Below are positions 16,160 to 22,206 of a stretch of 32,000 nt of DNA, piece after piece; position 1 is the stretch's first letter, and each line of letters starts with the position of its first letter. Position numbers and translations under genes: made by a program. The DNA lies in NCBI RefSeq assembly GCF_900105015.1, contig NZ_FNLK01000010.1:1-32000 (forward strand), read 5' to 3'. The DNA is from Schaalia meyeri (GTDB lineage Bacteria; Actinomycetota; Actinomycetes; Actinomycetales; Actinomycetaceae). Below the pieces are notes generated by a model. The model was given only the letters and a program-made list of their open reading frames with translations, had not been told where the DNA came from and made no database searches.

Positions 16160-16362
16160 ACCTTGTTCCCCGCTTCCATGAATGGTTTTGCTTTGCGTCA
16201 CATTTGAATCGTTCGGCGTGACCTGGTTCCCCGCGTGCACGAATGGTTTGATATCGAGGACGGGTTTTTGACCCCCTGTTCCCTTGTGCGTGAATGGTTT
16301 TGCGTGGGTCTGCTTGCTCGCCATCGTCACCCCTGTTTCCCGCGTGCTTGATTGATTTGCGC
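16160..16362 (+). repeat. four imperfect tandem repeats (~27-36 nt units, 53-61 bp period) upstream of tRNA-Ser
   Basis: Unit cores are TGTTCCCCGCTTCCATGAATGGTTTTGC (16164-16191), GGTTCCCCGCGTGCACGAATGGTTTG (16225-16250), TGTTCCCTTGTGCGTGAATGGTTTTGC (16277-16303) and TGTTTCCCGCGTGCTTGATTGATTTGC (16334-16360). Each is preceded by a (G)T(N)ACC(C/T) segment. Confidence 0.75.
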
Positions 16363-16386
16363 TCGCGAGGGTTCCTGCAGTAAAAT
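16357..16386 (+). promoter_or_regulatory. candidate promoter of tRNA-Ser
   Basis: TTGCGC (16357-16362), an 18-nt spacer, TAAAAT (16381-16386). The mature tRNA 5' end lies 11 nt downstream. The -35 lies inside the fourth upstream repeat unit. Confidence 0.45.
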
Positions 16387-16396
16387 TACTAGCCGA

Positions 16397-16486
16397 GGTA
16401 GCGTGTCCGAGCGGCCGAAGGTGCAGCACTCGAAATGCTGTGTGGTGTCACAGCCACCCTGGGTTCAAATCCCAGCGCTACCGCCA
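16397..16486 (+). tRNA. tRNA-Ser (anticodon CGA), class II with a long variable arm, CCA encoded
   Basis: Manual fold: acceptor GGTAGCG/CGCTACC; anticodon stem CAGCA/TGCTG with loop CTCGAAA (anticodon CGA); variable arm GTGG...CCAC; T arm CTGGG-TTCAAAT-CCCAG; discriminator G and CCA at 16484-16486. The D stem has one U-U mismatch. Confidence 0.93.
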
Positions 16487-16490
16487 CTGG

Positions 16491-16524
16491 CCGTCCGGCC
16501 CCAGACGGGGCCGGACGGTTTTGT
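16491..16524 (+). terminator. rho-independent terminator after tRNA-Ser
   Basis: A perfect 12-bp stem CCGTCCGGCCCC / GGGGCCGGACGG with loop AGAC, followed by TTTTGTTGTGTGTTTG. Confidence 0.85.
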
Positions 16525-17036
16525 TGTGTGTTTGTGTGGGTTTGGGCCAATGGGGGCATAGGGCAGAACGGAGTTGTAGGACGGGGCGTGTTGGTTGTGT
16601 TTGTACTTTTCGGTTTGTTTTCGCGGGAAAGTTGGTGTTGAAGTTGGTGGGCACCAGCTTGACGGATGGATAAACGTGTTGGTTTGTCCGTAATTTTTCG
16701 GCTTTCTGACGCGGAAAAATCCCGATTTAAACCGGATGTACGCGCCCCGATTTTAGCTAGGTGTGCGCGTCGTGGCGCCCGCGGCTGCCGACCCGCCTGG
16801 CTCGCGCTCTGTTGCGGGACCTCTTCGGGGCGCAGCCGCCGTCTTCGCTGTCGTTCGCCCAGGCCCGTGTTCTGCTGTTGGTGTTGCTGCCTTTTGCGGC
16901 TGTTTCCCCGTGTGTCTGTTTCCTAATCCAGATGCAGGGCTGCTGTCAACATCGCCCAAAAAGCGGTGCCTGCGATTGGCGGCCCGCCCAAACGCATGAT
17001 CTACCGCTGGTGTTGCTGCCCTTTGCGGCTGGTTCG

Positions 17037-17154
17037 TGGATAGGAAGTGCGTTTCTGGATAGGTTATGCACTCGTGGATAGGTTATTAACCTATCCAGAA
17101 GCTCGTAACCTATCCAGGTGGCCGTTTCCTATCCACGAAGCCGTTTCCTATCCA
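17037..17154. repeat. array of seven 8-bp boxes with strict 19-bp spacing: 3x TGGATAGG, then 4x CCTATCCA (inverted)
   Basis: TGGATAGG starts at 17037, 17056 and 17075. CCTATCCA starts at 17090, 17109, 17128 and 17147. The centre is a perfect 23-bp palindrome, TGGATAGGTTA-T-TAACCTATCCA (17075-17097). The array lies in non-coding DNA between tRNA-Ser and the 3' end of sodA. Confidence 0.9.
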
Positions 17155-17231
17155 GATGCGGGACTCACGCGCGCCGCGCGCTCTCACCCTGGCCCGCCAG
17201 GGCCGCATGAATCCGCCTGGGCCGCCAGCTC

Positions 17232-17873
17232 CTATGAGTTCGGCAAGCCCGCGGGTGCGTTCACCAGGCCGGAGGATAGGCGGGCAGCGTTGAAGCGGGA
17301 CGCGACGTTTTCCCAGTTAACCAGGTTCCACCAGGCCTTCACGTAGTTGGCCTTGACGTTGAGGTAATCCAGGTAGAAGGCGTGCTCCCACATGTCGATC
17401 ATGAGCAGGGGAAGGGTTGCGACGGGGGTGTTGCCCTGCTGGTCGGTCAGCTGGAAGGTCACCAGGCGCTCGGCGATGCTGTCCCACGCGAGGACGGCCC
17501 AGCCGGAGCCCTGCAGGCCCAGGGCGGCGGCCGCGAACTGCGCCTGGAAGGCCTCGAAGGAGCCGAAGAACTCGTTGATCGCGTCCGCGAGCTCTCCCGC
17601 GGGGCGGGACGCGCCCTCACCGGTCATGTTGGTCCAGAAGATCGAGTGGTTCGTGTGGCCGCCCAGGTTGAAGGCCAGGTTCTTTTCCCACAGGTTGATG
17701 GCTCCGAAATCACCGGCCTCGCGTGCTGCGGCCAGCTTGTCCAGCGCGGCGTTTGCCCCGGCCACGTACGCGGCATGGTGCTTATCGTGGTGCAGCTCCA
17801 TGATGCGCCCGGAGATATGGGGCTCAAGCGCGGAGTAGTCGTAGGGGAGATCGGGCAGGGTATAGGCAGTCAT
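17232..17873 (-). CDS. sodA: Fe/Mn superoxide dismutase
   Basis: The sequence MTAYTLPDLPYDYSALEPHISGRIMELHHDKHHAAYV...DMWEHAFYLDYLNVKANYV carries the canonical Fe/Mn-SOD signatures. The SD GAAGGAG precedes ATG 17873. Confidence 0.95.
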   Translation of the reverse strand: MTAYTLPDLPYDYSALEPHISGRIMELHHDKHHAAYVAGANAALDKLAAAREAGDFGAINLWEKNLAFNLGGHTNHSIFWTNMTGEGASRPAGELADAINEFFGSFEAFQAQFAAAALGLQGSGWAVLAWDSIAERLVTFQLTDQQGNTPVATLPLLMIDMWEHAFYLDYLNVKANYVKAWWNLVNWENVASRFNAARLSSGLVNAPAGLPNS

Positions 17874-18026
17874 GTTGCTCCTTCGGTGGGTCCTCTGTCA
17901 TTAGTCTGATGCCTCTAGACTAGTACTTTGGTCCCAGATTGCGAAGGGGGTGTGCGTAGGCTCTCGGCTGAATGCAATCGCTGCCCCCTCCGGTCCGCCC
18001 CGCGACCGCCGCGTGAAAACGTGGGA

Positions 18027-19004
18027 TCATCCCCGCGCGCGGCGCCCGCGAACGGCTTTGACGGCGGCCGCCGTGCCGACGACGATCCAGCAGATGAGCG
18101 CGCCCAGGATGAGACCAAAGAGGCCGGAGATCAGGGTTTCAATCAGCCACGAGAGAACGCCTCCCAGGGATGAAGCGGCGTGGACGGCCGCCTCGAGGAG
18201 GTGATGAAAGACGGACAGCCCGACCTCGGCGAGGTTGGCGATGACCAGGTGGCCGCCGACCCACAGCATGGCGACGGTTCCGACGATGCCGATGACGTTG
18301 AAAATGTGCGGCATGACGTGAACGATGGTGCGTCCCATGTTATCGACGGGTCCGGGACGGTTATCCGCCGGGTCCAGGGCTCCGCGTGCCAGTCGCGCCC
18401 CAAAGTCGTCCGCCTTGACGAGCAGAGCGACCAGGCCGTAGACGAAGAACGTCATGAAGAAAGCGACGGCGATGAGAATCGCGACGCGCCTCGCTCCCGA
18501 TTCCCCCGCCAGGCCCGCCATCGACACCAGCATGATTTCGGCGCTGAGGATCAGGTCCGTTCGGGTCGCGGACGCGATGATCTGTTTTTCGACCTCGTTG
18601 GCGCTGGCGGGGTCGACCTGGTCGTGTTCGGGGTGGTGAGAGGGCAGCCAGCCCAGCTTTTCGAGGACCTTTTCGGCCCCCTCGAAGCACAGGTACGCGC
18701 CGCCCGTGATGAGCAGGACGGGTAGGACCTGCGGAGCGAGCCACGTCAGTGCCAGGGCGACCGGCAGGATGATCAGGAGCTTATTGATGAGGGAGCCGCG
18801 CGCGATATGGCCGATGATCGGAAGCTCGCGCGCCGGGCTCAGACCGGACACGTACTGCGGGGTAACGGCCGTGTCGTCGATGACGACGCCGACGGCCTTC
18901 GAGGACGCCTTGACCGCACTGGAGGCAACGTCGTCGATGGATGACGCCGTGGCCTTCGCGAGGGTAGCGATATCGTCGAGCAGGGCGACGAGTCCTCCGG
19001 ACAT
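18027..19004 (-). CDS. DUF808 family inner-membrane protein (YedI-like)
   Basis: The sequence MSGGLVALLDDIATLAKATASSIDDVASSAVKASSKAVGVVIDDTAVTPQYV...ELPII is characteristic of DUF808. The SD AGGAGG lies 5 nt before ATG 19004. Confidence 0.85.
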   Translation of the reverse strand: MSGGLVALLDDIATLAKATASSIDDVASSAVKASSKAVGVVIDDTAVTPQYVSGLSPARELPIIGHIARGSLINKLLIILPVALALTWLAPQVLPVLLITGGAYLCFEGAEKVLEKLGWLPSHHPEHDQVDPASANEVEKQIIASATRTDLILSAEIMLVSMAGLAGESGARRVAILIAVAFFMTFFVYGLVALLVKADDFGARLARGALDPADNRPGPVDNMGRTIVHVMPHIFNVIGIVGTVAMLWVGGHLVIANLAEVGLSVFHHLLEAAVHAASSLGGVLSWLIETLISGLFGLILGALICWIVVGTAAAVKAVRGRRARG

Positions 19005-19083
19005 TGTTTCCTCCTGTGGGGGGCCTCGCTAGGGTGCCTCGTTGGGTACCCGCGCATTGTACGCGCGGGGATAGGCTTGAGTC

Positions 19084-20760
19084 ATGACGACTTCCGTAAC
19101 CGTCCCGGCCCTTGACCTCGACCTGATTGGCCGACTCCGCGCCGACCTGATCGGCTCGCGCTGGAGCGTCGAACACCTGCAGGCGCTGCTGAGCGGCGCG
19201 GCGTTGGACGCCCTCATGCGCGACCTGCGCCTGCCCGCAGTCGTTGAGCTCGCGGAGGAGAGCGATCCCGCGGCGGTCCTCACGCGCTTCTTCATCCTCG
19301 GCCTGCCCGAACGCGCCTCTTCCCTGAGCCGGGCGCTTCCCGCCCTCGGCGCTCGCGGCCTGGAGTCGCTGGGCCTCGCCTCGGTCATTGAGCAGGACGA
19401 GGCCGCCTGTGCCCTGGTTTTTCCCCGGGCGGGTGGGAAGCGTGCCGGGGGCGAGGGAGCCTCCCCTCGGCCCACACCCAAGCCGGGGACCATGAGCGAT
19501 TCCAGCGAGGAGCCTGCCGAAACGGTCGAGGAACCCGACCCGTGGATGCACGCCCTCTTCGACCTGCGCCCCCACGCGGCCACGCTGCCCGGCGGTGACC
19601 ACCAGTGGTGGGTGGCCTCGGACCTGGGGGAGGGGCTAATGGGCAAGCCGCTGTGCGAGGACCACGTGCTGGGGATCGGCGGCGCGACGCTGACGCTGCT
19701 GGAGATGACGGTGCGCGAGCCGGTCGAATCTGCGCTGGACCTGGGCTGCGGATGCGGCATCCAAGCGCTGTACTTGGCCACGCACGCGGGCCGCGTCGTC
19801 GCCACGGACCTGTCCCCACGCGCGTGCGCGCTCACTCAGTTCAACGCCGCCCTCAACCAGGTCGTGATCGACGTGCGCGAGGGGTCGCTCTTTGAGCCGG
19901 TCGCGGGCGAGGCCTTCGACCTGATCGTGACGAACCCGCCGTTTGTGATCACACCGGACTCGGTGCGTGGGGCCGCCGGGTTGCTCGAGTACCGCGATGG
20001 CGGCATGGAGCGCGACAACCTGATACGCGCGCTCCTGCGCGAAGCGCCGGCCCACATGGCACCGGGGGCCACCTTGCAGATGCTGGCGAACTGGGAGATC
20101 CCCGCCGACCGAGACCCGCACACCCAATGGTCCCGCCGCGTCGACCAGTGGCTGGAGGGGCTGCCGGTCGACGCGTGGGTGGTCCAGCGCGACGTGCTGG
20201 AGCCGGCCCGCTACGTGGACATGTGGATCCGTGACTCGGGGGGCTACCTCATGGCGCGCGCCGACTACGAGCGCGCCTTCACGTCGTGGCTTGCTGACTT
20301 TCATCGCGCGGGCACGGGGGCGATCGGCATGGGCTTCGTCGCGCTGCGCAGGCTGGATGAGGCCGGGGCCGCCTCGGGTGGTAAGCGCGCCTACGACCTG
20401 TCGCTGGATGGGCGCGCTCCCCGCGGGTGCGACGTCGGCTGGGCGCTGTCCTCGCTGCGCGCCCCGCAGCTGTGGGACACGGTGCTCTGGCGCGCGCCCG
20501 ACGTGCGAGAGGAACGCCACTACGTGCCGGGCAGCCCCGATCCGGAGCTGCTGATCCTGCACCAGGGCGGCGGCCTGGGACGGAGCGTGTCCGTGTCCTC
20601 CGCGGTGTCGGCCGTCGTCGGCGCCTCCGACGGGGAGCTCACGGTCGCCCAGATCGTGGCCGCCGTCGCGGCGCTGACCTGCGCCGAGGCGGAGGACGTG
20701 CGCGAGGAGGTCGAGGCACCGCTGCGCGACCTGATCCGCTGGGGGTTCCTCACGTTCTGA
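19084..20760 (+). CDS. class I SAM-dependent methyltransferase with an NPPF motif (HemK/RsmC-like N-methyltransferase fold) and long N- and C-terminal extensions
   Basis: Motif I is ALDLGCGCGIQALYLA and motif IV is DLIVTNPPFVI. No SD precedes ATG 19084. TAGGCT (19072-19077) ends 6 nt before the ATG, which suggests a leaderless transcript. Confidence 0.8.
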   Translation: MTTSVTVPALDLDLIGRLRADLIGSRWSVEHLQALLSGAALDALMRDLRLPAVVELAEESDPAAVLTRFFILGLPERASSLSRALPALGARGLESLGLASVIEQDEAACALVFPRAGGKRAGGEGASPRPTPKPGTMSDSSEEPAETVEEPDPWMHALFDLRPHAATLPGGDHQWWVASDLGEGLMGKPLCEDHVLGIGGATLTLLEMTVREPVESALDLGCGCGIQALYLATHAGRVVATDLSPRACALTQFNAALNQVVIDVREGSLFEPVAGEAFDLIVTNPPFVITPDSVRGAAGLLEYRDGGMERDNLIRALLREAPAHMAPGATLQMLANWEIPADRDPHTQWSRRVDQWLEGLPVDAWVVQRDVLEPARYVDMWIRDSGGYLMARADYERAFTSWLADFHRAGTGAIGMGFVALRRLDEAGAASGGKRAYDLSLDGRAPRGCDVGWALSSLRAPQLWDTVLWRAPDVREERHYVPGSPDPELLILHQGGGLGRSVSVSSAVSAVVGASDGELTVAQIVAAVAALTCAEAEDVREEVEAPLRDLIRWGFLTF

Positions 20761-20811
20761 CGGGGCTCCCCCCTGTGGTAGCCTGTCGCCACGACTGCGC
20801 GAAGGAGCCTC

Positions 20812-22206
20812 ATGGACTACGAGCTCGCCTACAGCTACGGCGCCGCCTCGCGTCTGGAAGAGAGTGCCGGGCTCGCGCTGGCGACCTCGGGAGGATCAAC
20901 CCCCGAGGGGGAGGCCAGCCACCCCTACTTCTTCTCGGGCTTCATGGAGCGCCCCGACGTGGTGGCCGCGGGCCTGCTCGCCGTCGCGCGCGTGGCTCGC
21001 ACCCGCTTCTACATGCCGCCCGGCATGGTGGCCCTGCCCGGCGGGGGCCTGACGCGGGTCGGCGCGCTCGACCCGGTCGTGACCAGCACGGAAGAGGGCC
21101 TGCGTTTCGAGTCCTTTAGCGCCTGCTGCGGCGTCTACGCGCGCCTCGACGTGGACGCCAGTGCCCTGGACGCCAGCCACCGGGCGGTCGGCGTCACCAA
21201 CGTGGACGTCAATCAGCCGCTGCGCGCCGCCCTCGCCTCGTTGCGCGCCGGGGAACCCCTGCACCTGGGTGTCGGTGAGGAGGGCCTGACGGCCACCACC
21301 CTGGATGAGACGGTCACGGAGGAAAAGGTTCCCCTGTCGGTTCGGTGGCTCAAGGGCTTCGCAGAGACGCAGATGCTCTCTGCGGCGATGCTGCCCCTGC
21401 ACGCGCTGGGTGCCGCGCAGGCGCGCGCGTTCATCCGAGGCCTGCCCAGGTCCAGCGCGACGGGCACGGTCATGTGGGCGGGCCGGGCCGTGCGCGGCCT
21501 GCGCCTGGGGACCCGGCCCACGCCCGGCACCGCGTGCGTGGCCGGCCCGGAGCGACTGCGTGTGTTCGAGCCACTCGGACATCTCGTGACCTCGCTCGAG
21601 GCCTACGGTCCGCCCGTGGATGCGGGCAGCGAGCCGGTGGCCTCACTGTGGGTCGCCCACATGCCCGGCGCGCGGTTGAGTATCGGGCTCAGTCCCGCCA
21701 AGTCGCGCGGCTTCTCGGGAGAGGGGTCGGTCCTGGCGGCCCTGGGCAACGCGCGCGTTGAGGAGGACGCGGACATGCTCTCCGTCCTGCTCTCCTTCGA
21801 GCCGCGCATCGACACGGCAGTCATGGCCTCTCGCAGCGGGCTCGCCCCCGACCGGGTGGCCGGGGCCCTGGCGCTCCTGGCTTCCAGCGGGCAGGTCGGC
21901 TTCGACGTGACGAAGGGCGCTTACTTCCACCGGCCCCTGCCCGTCCAGCCCGACGCGCTCACCGCCATGCACCCGCGCCTGGCCGGCGCGCGCCGACTCA
22001 TCGACCGGGGCACGATCACCCGCGAGGAAGGGATGCGCTACCGGGTCTCCTCGGGCTCCAACCGCTACCGGGTTGAGGTGCCCGCCGATCCCTACGCGAT
22101 CAGCGAGTACCGGTGCACCTGCCCGTGGTGGATGAAACACCGCGGCGGGCGCGGCCCCTGCAAGCACGTACTCGCCGTGTCCATCGTCCTCAAGGAGGAG
22201 AGGTGA
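20812..22206 (+). CDS. SWIM zinc finger family protein
   Basis: The SD GAAGGAG precedes ATG 20812. The C-terminal SWIM signature CxCx(n)CxH is present: YRCTCPWWMKHRGGRGPCKHVLAVSI. Confidence 0.88.
   Translation: MDYELAYSYGAASRLEESAGLALATSGGSTPEGEASHPYFFSGFMERPDVVAAGLLAVARVARTRFYMPPGMVALPGGGLTRVGALDPVVTSTEEGLRFESFSACCGVYARLDVDASALDASHRAVGVTNVDVNQPLRAALASLRAGEPLHLGVGEEGLTATTLDETVTEEKVPLSVRWLKGFAETQMLSAAMLPLHALGAAQARAFIRGLPRSSATGTVMWAGRAVRGLRLGTRPTPGTACVAGPERLRVFEPLGHLVTSLEAYGPPVDAGSEPVASLWVAHMPGARLSIGLSPAKSRGFSGEGSVLAALGNARVEEDADMLSVLLSFEPRIDTAVMASRSGLAPDRVAGALALLASSGQVGFDVTKGAYFHRPLPVQPDALTAMHPRLAGARRLIDRGTITREEGMRYRVSSGSNRYRVEVPADPYAISEYRCTCPWWMKHRGGRGPCKHVLAVSIVLKEER

Noticed and set aside
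15707-16429. A 240-aa minus-strand ORF spanning the OPT upstream region, the tandem repeats and part of the tRNA.
   Set aside because: It overlaps the tRNA-Ser gene and the repeat array, has low-complexity Pro/Arg/Gly content, and has no start context.
16666-17081. Short ORFs (86, 106, 78 and 68 aa) in the tRNA-sodA intergenic region.
   Set aside because: They are Cys/Arg/Leu-rich junk translations with no SD sequences, and they overlap each other in different frames. The region is better explained as non-coding repeat DNA.
17037-17154. Whether the box array is a CRISPR array or an oriC DnaA-box cluster.
   Set aside because: It is not CRISPR: the units are 19 bp with 8-bp conserved cores and no unique spacers of CRISPR length, the orientation flips mid-array, and there are no cas genes. 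It is not oriC: only one box (CCTATCCACG) approaches the DnaA-box consensus, there is no dnaA/dnaN context, and there is no AT-rich unwinding element. DnaA binding is kept only as something to test.
16397-17231. Whether tRNA-Ser is the integration site of a genomic island extending rightward.
   Set aside because: I saw no integrase or excisionase gene and no direct repeat of the tRNA 3' end anywhere in the window. The next genes (sodA, DUF808) look like core genes. At most it is an old att remnant.
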